The position numbers and the translations under genes are program-made. This document shows positions 41,650 through 55,277 of a stretch of DNA of 64,000 nt, one piece after another. The DNA is from Gammaproteobacteria bacterium (GTDB lineage Bacteria > Pseudomonadota > Gammaproteobacteria > JAADJB01). The notes under the pieces are model-generated. The model did no database searches and was not told the origin of the DNA. It saw only the letters and a program-made list of their open reading frames with translations. How positions within the stretch are numbered: the stretch's first letter is position 1; each line of letters begins with the position of its first letter. Where the stretch lies: NCBI GenBank assembly GCA_013151035.1, contig JAADJB010000009.1, forward strand, positions 338 to 64,337, in the 5' to 3' direction.

Positions 41650-41712
41650 GGTTATGGTGCGTGGTACGCACCCTACCGCTGGTATCCCCACCTGTGCGGG
41701 GATGACACACCA
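41650..41712. repeat. REP-like palindrome GGTGCGTGGTACGCACC-CTACC plus hairpin ATCCCCACCTGTGCGGGGAT (gatA-gatB spacer)
   Basis: Same unit as at 10775-10797. Confidence 0.5.
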
Positions 41713-43170
41713 TCATTCGAAACCTTTTGGAATCTGTGTATGCCAATCGGTCTGTTGCTGAAACTGATGCGCCACATTCAATAATTTTGCCTCGGCAAAG
41801 TAATCACCAATAATCTGTAGACCCACCGGCATATCATTGGCAAAACCAGCAGGAATCGACACCCCCGGCACCCCGGCCAGATTCACGGCAATGGTGTATA
41901 TATCAGAAAGATACATGGTGACCGGATCATCCTTCTTTTCACCCACGCCAAAGGCTGTGTCCGGGGTGGTTGGACCCATGATGACATCTACCTCGGACAG
42001 TGCCTGCCGAAAATCATCACGAATCAGACGACGCACCTTCTGCGCCTTCAGATAATAGGCATCATAGTAACCAGCTGATAGGGCATAGGTACCAATCATA
42101 ATACGACGTTTGACTTCATCACCAAAACCCTCCTCACGCGAGCGTTTGTAAAGGTCTTCCAGATCCTGAGGTGCATCACAACGATGACCAAAACGCGCCC
42201 CGTCAAAACGCGACAGGTTGGATGAACACTCAGCCGGTGCCACCACATAATATACGGGTACTGCCAGATGAGTATTAGGCAAACTAATCTCGACAATCTC
42301 CGCACCCAGACTCTTATAGACATCAATCGCCTGTTCAATTACCTGAGCCACATCAGCTTCCAGACCTTCACCAAAATATTCCTTTGGCAAGCCAATCTTC
42401 AAGCCCTTGAGGGATTGATTCAGGTCAGCCGAATAATCATCCACGGCACGATCCACACTGGTTGAGTCACGTCGATCAAAACCTGCCATTGCCTGCATCA
42501 AGGCGGCTGCATCTTCGGCAGAACGTGCCATCGGGCCGCCCTGATCCAGACTGGAGGCAAAGGCGATCATGCCATAACGAGATACCCGCCCATAGGTAGG
42601 CTTAAGCCCCGTCAAACCACATAATGCCGCTGGCTGACGAATCGAACCTCCGGTATCGGTGCCCGTTGCAAGTGGTGCCAGACGTGCGGCAACCGCTGCC
42701 GCTGAGCCACCGGAGGAACCACCCGGCACGGCATCCAGCCGCCAGGGGTTTTTCACCGCACCATAAAAACTGGTTTCATTACTGGAACCCATGGCAAATT
42801 CATCCATGTTGGTCTTGCCCAGCATAACTGCACCCGCTGCATTTAACTGTTGCGTCACGGTCGCATCATAAGGCGAGATAAAGTTATCCAGCATCTTCGA
42901 ACCACAACTGGTCCGTACCCCCTGGGTACAAAAGATATCCTTATGGGCATAGGGAATCCCGGTTAAATAATCAGTCTCACCCTTATGAATGCGCTCATCA
43001 GCCTGCCTGGCAGCAGCTAACGCCTGATCCCCGGTCACCGTAATAAAACTATTAATCCGGGCATCCAAGCTAGCGATACGATCCAGATAGGCCTGAGTCA
43101 ACTCGACACTGGAGAAATCTCCCGCTTTAAGCCCCGCCACTAATTCAACAACACTTTTTGTATACATCAC
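41713..43170 (-). CDS. gatA: Glu-tRNA(Gln) amidotransferase subunit A
   Basis: Amidase signature ([13 protein letters not shown]). 485 aa. Confidence 0.95.
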   Translation of the reverse strand: MMYTKSVVELVAGLKAGDFSSVELTQAYLDRIASLDARINSFITVTGDQALAAARQADERIHKGETDYLTGIPYAHKDIFCTQGVRTSCGSKMLDNFISPYDATVTQQLNAAGAVMLGKTNMDEFAMGSSNETSFYGAVKNPWRLDAVPGGSSGGSAAAVAARLAPLATGTDTGGSIRQPAALCGLTGLKPTYGRVSRYGMIAFASSLDQGGPMARSAEDAAALMQAMAGFDRRDSTSVDRAVDDYSADLNQSLKGLKIGLPKEYFGEGLEADVAQVIEQAIDVYKSLGAEIVEISLPNTHLAVPVYYVVAPAECSSNLSRFDGARFGHRCDAPQDLEDLYKRSREEGFGDEVKRRIMIGTYALSAGYYDAYYLKAQKVRRLIRDDFRQALSEVDVIMGPTTPDTAFGVGEKKDDPVTMYLSDIYTIAVNLAGVPGVSIPAGFANDMPVGLQIIGDYFAEAKLLNVAHQFQQQTDWHTQIPKGFE

Positions 43171-43454
43171 TCGATAACCCTCGGCACCAGATAGAGTCCC
43201 GCTTCAACCTGTGGTGCAATGACCTGAAATTCTTCACGATGATTACCCTCGGTCACCTTGTCCTCACGCAATAGTTGTACCGCATCCAGCGGGTGCGACA
43301 TCGGTTCGACATCATCCGTCGCCACATTTTCCAGTTGTTCGACAAAGGCCAGGATATCGGACAGGTTCCTGGCATAGTCCGGGACATCGGCATCATTGAT
43401 GCCAAGGCGTGCCAAATGAGCAATCTTGTTAATATCGGATGAATCCAAAGCCAT
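43167..43454 (-). CDS. gatC: Glu-tRNA(Gln) amidotransferase subunit C
   Basis: 95 aa. It overlaps gatA by 4 bp. GatC-like. Confidence 0.9.
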   Translation of the reverse strand: MALDSSDINKIAHLARLGINDADVPDYARNLSDILAFVEQLENVATDDVEPMSHPLDAVQLLREDKVTEGNHREEFQVIAPQVEAGLYLVPRVIE

Positions 43455-43533
43455 GTGTATTCCTTAAGCGTTTCACTAATAACGGGCTATTATGCCATTT
43501 TACGTAAATTATACCTAATTAATACCTTGCTGA

Positions 43534-44646
<1,113 letters not shown>

Positions 44647-44662
44647 CGGAACAGTGGAATAA

Positions 44663-45508
44663 TTGAAACTCCTGTTCTCACAAGGTCCCGCGCTTACCAC
44701 ACGCCTGGTCGTTTTTGTCCTTATCTCCCTTATCCTGATGACGGTTGACCACCGTCAACAACACCTGGAGACACTACGCAGCAAACTTTCCATTATCGCT
44801 TATCCAATGCAATGGCTGGTTGATTTACCCACCACGGCAAGTGAGTGGATTGAAGAAACCCTGGTCAGCCGCCGTACCCTGGCTGACGAAAACACCCGCC
44901 TCAAGACCCAGAACCTGCTATTACAGGCACAACGACAAAAACTCGATGCGCTGGAGGCAGAGAACCAACGTCTGCGTAGCTTGCTCGATTCCTCATTCAA
45001 GATCAGCGACCGGGTACTTATCGCAGAATTACTCTCTGTTGACCTCGACCCCTATCGCCATCAAATACTATTAAATAAGGGCAGCAATGATGGTGTCTAT
45101 GCAGGGCAAGCCCTGATTGATGCCCAGGGCATTATGGGGCAGATCATCCACATCGGCCCCTTTAGTGCCAGCGCCATGCTCATTACTGATCCCGCTCACG
45201 CCATCCCGGTACAGGTCAACCGTAACGGTTTACGCACCATTGCCCTTGGTACCGGCAACCTGGATCGTCTCAATCTACCTCATCTACCCAATAATGCTGA
45301 TATTAAAATTGGTGACCTATTGGTCAGTTCAGGGCTGGGTGGTCGCTTCCCCCCCGGTTATCCTGTCGCCCGCATCACCCGCATCAAACAACATCCCGGA
45401 CAAGCCTTTGCTGAGGTCAGTGCCCTGCCACTCGCACGTTTAAACCGCAGCCGTGAAGTGCTACTGGTATGGCAACAGGATAAACCGGCAGAGGACATAC
45501 AGCCATGA
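44663..45508 (+). CDS. mreC: rod-shape determining protein MreC
   Basis: N-terminal TM, a coiled coil and a C-terminal beta domain. Synteny supports the call. Confidence 0.9.
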   Translation: MKLLFSQGPALTTRLVVFVLISLILMTVDHRQQHLETLRSKLSIIAYPMQWLVDLPTTASEWIEETLVSRRTLADENTRLKTQNLLLQAQRQKLDALEAENQRLRSLLDSSFKISDRVLIAELLSVDLDPYRHQILLNKGSNDGVYAGQALIDAQGIMGQIIHIGPFSASAMLITDPAHAIPVQVNRNGLRTIALGTGNLDRLNLPHLPNNADIKIGDLLVSSGLGGRFPPGYPVARITRIKQHPGQAFAEVSALPLARLNRSREVLLVWQQDKPAEDIQP

Positions 45509-45993
45509 TACGCAGCCAACATCATGGCGGTCGTATTATCCTGCTGAGCCTACTGACTGCATTATTACTGAGTATTACCCCATTACCAGAGACACTACAG
45601 GTCTTTCGACCCGACTGGGTTGCCCTGACCCTGCTGTACTGGTGTCTTGCTCTGCCACAACGTATTGGCGTGGGTATTGCCTGGATAACAGGTCTACTAC
45701 AAGATGTGTTAATTGGCAGTCTGCTGGGGCAACATGCACTCATACTCGCCTTAATTGCCTATATTGTGCTCCGTTTTCATCAGCGTATCCGCCCCTTTCC
45801 GCCCTGGCAACAGGCTATTATTGTTGCCTTATTACTCCTGCTTACCCAACTGATCACATTATGGATTAATGGCATTATAGGACGCTCACTCAATAGTTGG
45901 TCTTACTGGCTGCCGAGCGTCACCGGCACCCTGCTATGGCCTGTTATATTTTATCTACTGCGTAAGATAAGACGCTGGTTTCATGTAAAATAG
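45505..45993 (+). CDS. mreD: rod-shape determining protein MreD
   Basis: 162 aa polytopic membrane protein. It overlaps mreC by 4 bp. Confidence 0.85.
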   Translation: MIRSQHHGGRIILLSLLTALLLSITPLPETLQVFRPDWVALTLLYWCLALPQRIGVGIAWITGLLQDVLIGSLLGQHALILALIAYIVLRFHQRIRPFPPWQQAIIVALLLLLTQLITLWINGIIGRSLNSWSYWLPSVTGTLLWPVIFYLLRKIRRWFHVK

Positions 45994-46029
45994 ACATCAA
46001 TTCAAGCCCACGAATTCAAGTCAGATACC

Positions 46030-47871
46030 ATGCCAAGTCCTACTAAAATAAAAAACCATTTTCTGGAGAATCGTTTATTCCTTAACCGGGTATTCATCGC
46101 CCTGATTATTGGCGGCATACTTATTTTACTTCTCATATGGCGACTCATCTATCTACAAGTCATCGCACACGAACACTTCACTACCCTGGCGAACAATAAC
46201 CGTATCAAGATCAGTGCGGTACCACCTAATCGCGGGCTTATTTATGACCGTAACGGGGTATTAATGGCAACCAACCTACCCGCCTATCGTTTACAAATCA
46301 CCCCGGAACAGGTCAAGGATATGGATACGACCCTCAACGCCTTGTCTGGAATCCTGGAAATATCAACTCGCGATCTCAAGCGTTTCCAGCGTCTACGTAA
46401 ACGCTCACATGAATTTGAGGCTATCCCTCTGCTGTTTAATCTCACTAGCCAGGAGGTTGCCACATTTGCTGTCAACCGTCACCGCTTCCCGGGGGTTGAT
46501 GTTGAGGCCGTACTGACCCGACATTATCCCCAGGATAAACGTAGTGCTCATATCCTGGGCTACGTTGGACGCATTGATGAACGCGAACAACAACAACTGG
46601 ATGCCGTCAACTATCGAGGCACCAGTCATGTCGGCAAAACCGGTATCGAAAAGACCTACGAGTCCTTATTGCATGGCAAGGTTGGTTATCGACAAACCGA
46701 GACCACTGCCAGCGGGCGCGTCTTACGCACCCTCAGCACCCAACCACCGGAGCCGGGTCGTGATATCTACCTTAGTATTGATACCGTCTTACAGAATGTC
46801 GCTGAGGATGCCTTTAATGATTACAATGGTGCCGCTGTTGCGATGGATATAGAAAGCGGTGAGATCCTGGCAATGGTCAGCATGCCCACCTATAACCTCA
46901 ACAGCTTCGTCAATGGCATCAGCTATCAGGACTATCAAACGCTCACACAGAATGAAAACCAACCCCTATTCAACCGTGCCCTGCGCGGACAGTACCCCCC
47001 AGGCTCTACACTAAAACCCTTTATTGGACTTGCCGGACTGGAGTTGGGTATTACCAACGAACACAGTAAGACCTTCTGTCCGGGGTTTTATACTTTGCCC
47101 AACAGCCGCCGTAAGTACCGTGACTGGAAGCGCAGAGGGCATGGTACCGTTGATATTACCAAGGCCATTGCTCAATCCTGTGATGTCTATTTCTATGATC
47201 TCGCACGTTCCATGGGCATCGACAAGATCCATGATTATCTGACTCTGTTTGGTTTTGGTAAAAAGACCGGGGTTGATATCAATGGTGAATTGCCCGGGCT
47301 ATTACCCTCAAGGGAATGGAAACGTCGCACAAAGAATAAATCATGGTATCCGGGTGAGACCCTGATCAGTGGTATCGGACAAGGCTTTAATCTTGTTACA
47401 CCAATACAACTGGTCACCGCCACCGCTACTCTGGCACGTCATGGTAAACATATCCGCCCAAGTTTGGTTCATGCCACTCGTGGCAAAGGTAATGCTCCCT
47501 TACTACTGGCACAACAACCCATTGGTGAATCAATCAGGATATATAACCATAAGAACTGGCAACGTATTATCGAGGCGATGACCAAGGTTACCCATGGTGC
47601 GCACGGTACCGCTCGGCGTATTGGCCGTAATGCCCCCTACAAGATGGCCGCCAAGACCGGTACCGCCCAGGTCTTTGGACTCAAGGCAGAAGAAAAATAT
47701 GAAGCAAAGAAACTGGCAAAAAAACTCCATGACCATGCCTTATTTATTGCCTTTGCCCCGGTTGATAAACCTCGTATTGCCGTTGCTGTAATTGTTGAAC
47801 ACGGAGGTTCAGGTGGTTCAGTTGCCGGGCCGATTGCAAGAAAAATACTGGATGCCTATCTAATCAAATGA
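46030..47871 (+). CDS. mrdA: penicillin-binding protein 2 (peptidoglycan D,D-transpeptidase MrdA)
   Basis: STLKP (SxxK), SCD and KTG motifs. 613 aa. Confidence 0.9.
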   Translation: MPSPTKIKNHFLENRLFLNRVFIALIIGGILILLLIWRLIYLQVIAHEHFTTLANNNRIKISAVPPNRGLIYDRNGVLMATNLPAYRLQITPEQVKDMDTTLNALSGILEISTRDLKRFQRLRKRSHEFEAIPLLFNLTSQEVATFAVNRHRFPGVDVEAVLTRHYPQDKRSAHILGYVGRIDEREQQQLDAVNYRGTSHVGKTGIEKTYESLLHGKVGYRQTETTASGRVLRTLSTQPPEPGRDIYLSIDTVLQNVAEDAFNDYNGAAVAMDIESGEILAMVSMPTYNLNSFVNGISYQDYQTLTQNENQPLFNRALRGQYPPGSTLKPFIGLAGLELGITNEHSKTFCPGFYTLPNSRRKYRDWKRRGHGTVDITKAIAQSCDVYFYDLARSMGIDKIHDYLTLFGFGKKTGVDINGELPGLLPSREWKRRTKNKSWYPGETLISGIGQGFNLVTPIQLVTATATLARHGKHIRPSLVHATRGKGNAPLLLAQQPIGESIRIYNHKNWQRIIEAMTKVTHGAHGTARRIGRNAPYKMAAKTGTAQVFGLKAEEKYEAKKLAKKLHDHALFIAFAPVDKPRIAVAVIVEHGGSGGSVAGPIARKILDAYLIK

Positions 47872-48992
47872 ACATACACTCCGCACAAAATTTTCATGAA
47901 AGACCCGCTCCGGGCTGGCAACAACGTCTGCATATTGATTCGCCCCTGCTATTAGGTCTTATTGTATTATGTAGCCTGGGTCTACTGGTACTCTATAGTG
48001 CCAGCAGCCAGGATATGGGGCATACCTTACGCCAACTGACACGCCTGGGGATTGCCTTCACCGTACTCTTTGTTGTAGCCCAGGTGCCACCTTCTCTATT
48101 ACAACGCTGGACCCCCTGGCTCTACGCCAGCGGACTTATTATGCTGGCAATCGTACCCTTGATGGGTGATATCGGTAAGGGAGCACAGCGCTGGCTGGAT
48201 CTAGGCTTTATTCGTTTCCAGCCATCGGAGATTATGAAGCTCACAGTACCCATGATGGTCGCTTGCTATCTCGCCGAGGCACATCTACCACCGGCACCTA
48301 AACGCCTAATCATTGCAGGTCTGATTATTATTGTCCCGGTCGTCCTGATTGCCATGCAACCCGATCTGGGCACCTCCCTGCTCATTGGCAGCGCCGGTTT
48401 CTTTGTACTGTTCCTCGCCGGTATGAGCTGGCGCATCCTCGGCAGCATGTTCTTTCTCGCTGCCGCAGGGGCCCCCGTTCTATGGCACTTCATGCATGAT
48501 TACCAACGTCAAAGAGTCATTACCTTCCTCAACCCTGAACAGGACCCTTTGGGCTCGGGCTATCACATTATCCAGTCCAAGATTGCCATTGGCTCCGGTG
48601 GCATCTATGGCAAGGGATGGCTCAATGGTACTCAGGCACAACTCGACTTTTTACCCGAACGTTCAACTGACTTTATCTTCGCCGTGCTGGGCGAAGAGGC
48701 CGGTCTGATGGGGATATTAGTGTTATTATTTATCTACGGATTTATCATCGTCCGTAGCCTGTTTATCTCGACCCAGGCACAGGACACCTTCACACGCCTG
48801 TTAGGTGGCAGCCTGGCACTCACTTTCCTGATCTATATCATTGTTAATACCGGCATGGTCACTGGTCTTCTTCCCGTGGTTGGTCTACCCTTACCCCTAA
48901 TTAGTTATGGCGGTACATCTATGGTGACCTTAATGGCAGGGTTCGGTATTCTTATGTCTATTCACACACATCGCAAACTTCTACCAGCATAG
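47868..48992 (+). CDS. mrdB: peptidoglycan glycosyltransferase RodA
   Basis: SEDS-family polytopic protein. 374 aa. It overlaps mrdA by 4 bp. Confidence 0.9.
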   Translation: MNIHSAQNFHERPAPGWQQRLHIDSPLLLGLIVLCSLGLLVLYSASSQDMGHTLRQLTRLGIAFTVLFVVAQVPPSLLQRWTPWLYASGLIMLAIVPLMGDIGKGAQRWLDLGFIRFQPSEIMKLTVPMMVACYLAEAHLPPAPKRLIIAGLIIIVPVVLIAMQPDLGTSLLIGSAGFFVLFLAGMSWRILGSMFFLAAAGAPVLWHFMHDYQRQRVITFLNPEQDPLGSGYHIIQSKIAIGSGGIYGKGWLNGTQAQLDFLPERSTDFIFAVLGEEAGLMGILVLLFIYGFIIVRSLFISTQAQDTFTRLLGGSLALTFLIYIIVNTGMVTGLLPVVGLPLPLISYGGTSMVTLMAGFGILMSIHTHRKLLPA

Positions 48993-49001
48993 GGCACATT
49001 C

Positions 49002-49997
49002 ATGAAAATCTTTTTCCTTATCAGCGGACTACTATTGCTACCATTAACCAGCAATGCCGATCAGCTCATTAGTCAACAGGCTGGCTTCACGCCCTTTATT
49101 GAGCGTATGGTAAAACAGCATCACTTTGAACGTGAACCTTTGATCCATCTATTCAAGGGCATTAAGGTACGAGAGGATATCCTCAAGGCAATCTCCCGTC
49201 CGGCAGAGAAAAGTAAAGAATGGTTTGAATACCGACCGATCTTCATCAAGGAATCACGCATCAAGGGCGGGGTTGAGTTCTGGAACAAGCATGAAAAAAT
49301 ACTGCAACAAGCGGCTCAAAAATACGGTGTAGATCCACAGATTATTGTTGCCATTATTGGCGTAGAGACACTCTATGGTCAACGGACCGGACGTAATCGA
49401 GTCATTGAATCCCTTAGCACCATTGCCTTCGCTTACCCCAAACGCAGCAAGTTTTTCACCCGTGAGCTGGAACACTTTTTACTCCTCACTCGTGAGGAGA
49501 ATATTGACCCCGCCAAGGCCAAGGGCTCTTATGCTGGCGCCATGGGGCAATCACAGTTTATATCCAGCAGTTACCGACACTATGCCATTGATGCGGATGG
49601 TGATGGTCAGAGAGATTTATGGAATAGCCCACACGATATCATTGCCAGCGTTGCCAATTACTTCAAGAAACACGGCTGGAAGGCCGGCGAGCCGATCACC
49701 AGTCGCGCCACTGTTCAGGGTGATGGCTACACCCATTTCCTTAACAAAAAACTCAAGCCCGAGGCCGATCTATCCGAGATGTTACGTCACGGCATAAGCA
49801 CCGATGATCAACTGAACCCTCAGCAGAAAGCTAAACTCATTGAGTTCAAATTAAAACAAGGGCTGGAATACTGGGTCGCTCTGCATAATTTTTATGTCAT
49901 CACACGCTACAATCACAGCAGTATGTATGCCATGGCCGTTTATCAACTGAGTGAAGCCATTCGTCAACGCAGGGCCCATCATTCGGATCAAACATGA
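49002..49997 (+). CDS. mltB: lytic murein transglycosylase B-like (MltB family)
   Basis: Signal peptide. MltB-like catalytic region (AIIGVETLYG, GAMGQSQF). 331 aa. Confidence 0.8.
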   Translation: MKIFFLISGLLLLPLTSNADQLISQQAGFTPFIERMVKQHHFEREPLIHLFKGIKVREDILKAISRPAEKSKEWFEYRPIFIKESRIKGGVEFWNKHEKILQQAAQKYGVDPQIIVAIIGVETLYGQRTGRNRVIESLSTIAFAYPKRSKFFTRELEHFLLLTREENIDPAKAKGSYAGAMGQSQFISSSYRHYAIDADGDGQRDLWNSPHDIIASVANYFKKHGWKAGEPITSRATVQGDGYTHFLNKKLKPEADLSEMLRHGISTDDQLNPQQKAKLIEFKLKQGLEYWVALHNFYVITRYNHSSMYAMAVYQLSEAIRQRRAHHSDQT

Positions 49998-50413
49998 ACC
50001 AATTGCTATCCCTGGTAGAGTCCCCGTCACATCCGGACTTTTCCAGCTTGTATCAACGCCTGGATATTCAACAGACACGCCACAATTCCAGCCGCAAGGC
50101 CATGGGCGCATTAAAAAAGACAAAACCTGATATTGTCGTCGCTGAGTTTTTTTATGGCTTTGGTAATAACTACGCCGGAGTCAATGTCTGTAATCTTGAT
50201 GTCTTTCTATCCAGCCTGCAAAAATATGCCCCCGATGCACGCGTCATTATCCTGGTGAGTCGTCAGGAACAACAATATGTGTCACTGCTACAGGAATTGT
50301 TTCCTATCCATGCGATATTGGCTCATCCTGTGACTGAGCAACAGATGGAAGAAAAGTTGGTGCGTGCCAATAGTACAGAATGGTGCGCAGTGCGCACCCT
50401 ACACGAACGGTAG
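49994..50413 (+). CDS. hypothetical protein (139 aa); C-terminus reads through a REPIN
   Basis: It overlaps mltB by 4 bp. Weak resemblance to a degenerate receiver domain. The last 10 codons are encoded by the REP palindrome. Confidence 0.35.
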   Translation: MNQLLSLVESPSHPDFSSLYQRLDIQQTRHNSSRKAMGALKKTKPDIVVAEFFYGFGNNYAGVNVCNLDVFLSSLQKYAPDARVIILVSRQEQQYVSLLQELFPIHAILAHPVTEQQMEEKLVRANSTEWCAVRTLHER

Positions 50414-50437
50414 GGTGCGTACCACGCACCCTACCCC
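50382..50437. repeat. REPIN: two inverted REP-like palindromes GGTGCGCAGTGCGCACC-CTAC ... GTAG-GGTGCGTACCACGCACC
   Basis: Read directly. CTAC-acgaacg-GTAG joins two palindromes in head-to-head orientation. Confidence 0.55.
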
Positions 50438-50484
50438 TTTGCGTTATAATGACAACATTAACCAGTCAGAGAAGAGACACCTGA

Positions 50485-52710
<2,226 letters not shown>

Positions 52711-52741
52711 AACCGGGGACAGACCACGGTTTTTCCCCAGC
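52711..52741. terminator. bidirectional hairpin terminator AAAACCG-GGGACAGACCA-CGGTTTT between convergent icd and the APH/ATPase gene; related to the 54334-54379 repeat unit
   Basis: 7-bp stem with an A-run and a T-run. It shares CCGGGGACAGACC with the revcomp of GGTCTGTCCCCGG. Confidence 0.5.
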
Positions 52742-54304
52742 TTACGCCCTGTTTACGGTTGATAATATCTTGTTAATATTTAAGATCTGACAGGTATCAA
52801 TAGGGATGGATCGCAGGGTCTCGGCCGGTGTCAACGGGGCCGCTGTCTTCAGTTGATGTTTAAGCACATCAAGATCAGCCTCTGACGCATCATTGCCCGC
52901 TCTTTGTCGTTGACTGATACGCATAGCTAGTTCTGCTTCTGGTGCCTGACAATCCAGTATGTAGCAGGGCATACCCAGCGCCAGTGACAACTCATAAAAT
53001 AACTGACGCCTGTCCTGTTCAAGAAACGCAGCATCGACAATAACATTAAAACCCGATTGAATAGCTTTTTTAGTAATATCGAAAAGCTGTTGATAGGTCT
53101 TCTCCGTAGCTTCTTTGTTATAGATACCCGTATTAATTGATGCACCTGATGATGCTGTCTCAGCCAAACCGAATAGACGCTTGCGTTCAATATCAGAGCG
53201 TAGATGAACAGCCCCCAGCACGGGTGCCAATTGAGAGGCAATCAAGGTCTTGCCTGATCCCGATAAACCATGAGTGATCACCAACAACGGTTTTTTATGA
53301 TCAATATATTGTTTTGCCAGATCAAGATAAGAACGGAATTCATTCAATATCTGATCCCGGTCATGGGCAGACACCCCTTCCTGATGGGCGCGGATACAAT
53401 CCACCTTGGCACGCACCATCGCTCGATAGACAAGATAGAAGCGTAATACCGACAGCCCCTCATAATCACCCGTTTGCTGTAGATAATAATTGAGAAATAT
53501 CCACGCCAGTTGCGACTGCTGACGATCATCCAGATCCATAACAGTAAAGGCAATCTCACTCATCACATCAATCCAGTATAGATCGGGATTGAATTCAATG
53601 CAGTCAAAGATCAAGAGATCACCTTGATCCAGTGCGATATTATGCAGATGAAGATCGCCATGACATTCGCGGATATAGCCACCCGCCTTACGTCCTTCAA
53701 ATACCGGTCTTAATTGATCCCAGGCCTGCATCATCCATTGCCGAACAGGATCTATAACAGACTCAACCTCATCACCAATCAGGGTCTTAATCTGATCCAG
53801 ATTCTCCATACTCGGGGCAAGAATAGCCTCATTACCACCATAGCTTGAAGCACTATCTGCAACCATAATCTGCTGATGGAAGCGTGCCACCTTTTTCGCT
53901 AGCAAGCGAATATGCTCAGCTCTGAGTTCACCACGCGCAAGGCATTTATCCAGTTCATTATGCGGATTAAATTCACGCATCCTGACGGCATACTCCAACA
54001 CTTCACCATCGCCATCAAGAACAGGGCTATCCGGGTTGCCTGTTATGGCGACCACTCCCAGATAGATATCCGCAGCCAGGCAGGCATTACGCCGAACCTC
54101 TTCCTCACAATAGTGCCTACGTTTTTCCAGTGTTGAAAAATCAAGAAAGCCAAAATTAACCGGCTTTTTAATTTTGTAGGCATAGCGACCCGTGAGAATC
54201 ACCCAGGAGATATGAGTTTCAAGCACAGACAGCCCAGTGACCTCATGGGGGTAGATAGCCGGGTTTTGAAGTGACTCAATCAGCCGTGCAGCAATATTAT
54301 TCAT
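52742..54304 (-). CDS. bifunctional aminoglycoside-phosphotransferase-like kinase / P-loop ATP-binding protein
   Basis: N-terminal APH/protein-kinase-like fold (HGDLHLHN, DCIEF) and a C-terminal P-loop HGLSGSGKT. 520 aa. Confidence 0.75.
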   Translation of the reverse strand: MNNIAARLIESLQNPAIYPHEVTGLSVLETHISWVILTGRYAYKIKKPVNFGFLDFSTLEKRRHYCEEEVRRNACLAADIYLGVVAITGNPDSPVLDGDGEVLEYAVRMREFNPHNELDKCLARGELRAEHIRLLAKKVARFHQQIMVADSASSYGGNEAILAPSMENLDQIKTLIGDEVESVIDPVRQWMMQAWDQLRPVFEGRKAGGYIRECHGDLHLHNIALDQGDLLIFDCIEFNPDLYWIDVMSEIAFTVMDLDDRQQSQLAWIFLNYYLQQTGDYEGLSVLRFYLVYRAMVRAKVDCIRAHQEGVSAHDRDQILNEFRSYLDLAKQYIDHKKPLLVITHGLSGSGKTLIASQLAPVLGAVHLRSDIERKRLFGLAETASSGASINTGIYNKEATEKTYQQLFDITKKAIQSGFNVIVDAAFLEQDRRQLFYELSLALGMPCYILDCQAPEAELAMRISQRQRAGNDASEADLDVLKHQLKTAAPLTPAETLRSIPIDTCQILNINKILSTVNRA

Positions 54305-54333
54305 GGTCTGTTGAGGATAACATATTCTTTTTA

Positions 54334-54379
54334 ATTGGGGTCTGTCCCCGGTTTTTATTGGGGTCTGTCCCCGGTTTTT
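54334..54379 (+). repeat. perfect 2 x 23-bp tandem direct repeat ATTGGGGTCTGTCCCCGGTTTTT (each unit a GGGG-TCTGT-CCCC hairpin + T-run)
   Basis: Read directly. It sits in the divergent promoter region just upstream of a TATAGTATAAT -10-like element and the rlpA RBS. Confidence 0.6.
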
Positions 54380-54418
54380 CTGCTTATAGTATAATCATCC
54401 TGAATCAAGAGGACACCA

Positions 54419-55227
54419 TGCAACTAATTAGCCTATTACTGCTATCCATTTTGCTCACAGCCTGTAGTGGTAGCCGAATCTTTGAGCAACAAGATAGTGC
54501 CCCGTCACGTCATGTTGATGTTAGCAAGATCCCGGATGCCGTTCCTCGTCACGAGGCGAGGGCACGTTATGGCAACCCCTCCAGCTATGAGGTGCTAGGT
54601 AAGCGTTACCATGTAATGGATCACGCTGAGGGTTATGTCGAACGCGGCATTGCCTCCTGGTATGGCACTAAATTTCATGGTCGACTGACCTCCAGCCGTG
54701 AACCCTATGATATGTATAAGATGACAGCGGCACACAAGAGCCTGCCTCTGCCCAGTTATGTGCGGGTAACAAATCTGGATAATCAACGCTCGGTGGTGGT
54801 TCGCGTCAATGATCGTGGCCCCTTCCATGAGGGACGTATTATTGATCTATCCTATGCGGCTGCCATCAAACTCGGCATTAACAAACGAGGAACCGGTCGT
54901 GTCGAGGTACGCGCGCTGCAACCGGGTGTCCAGGAAAAAAGACATTCAGCCTATAAGGATGAAGTAACGCTGACCCCCTACACACGTAGCGGCAACATCT
55001 ACCTACAGGTGGGTGCCTTTGCCAACCAGGAAAACGCCCATCGTCTAAGATCACGTCTGCAACAGGCTGCCATCCATAATATTGTCATTCAACCCGTTAC
55101 TAACAGCCGACAGCAACGCGTGTACCGTGTTAAACTGGGGCCACTGAATAGCAACGATGCTGCTGATCGACTCACTCGTCATCTTGCTGAGTTAGGCATA
55201 CATAACCCGCATATCCTGCTTGAATAA
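54419..55227 (+). CDS. rlpA: septal ring lytic transglycosylase RlpA with C-terminal SPOR domain
   Basis: Lipoprotein signal (LLTACSG), a DPBB domain (GIASWYG...VRVNDRGPF), and a C-terminal SPOR. The true start is ATG 54419. Confidence 0.85.
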
Positions 55228-55277
55228 GCCAAAACTGCCCCCATATATTAACCAGCCCGGAACACACCAGAAATATT

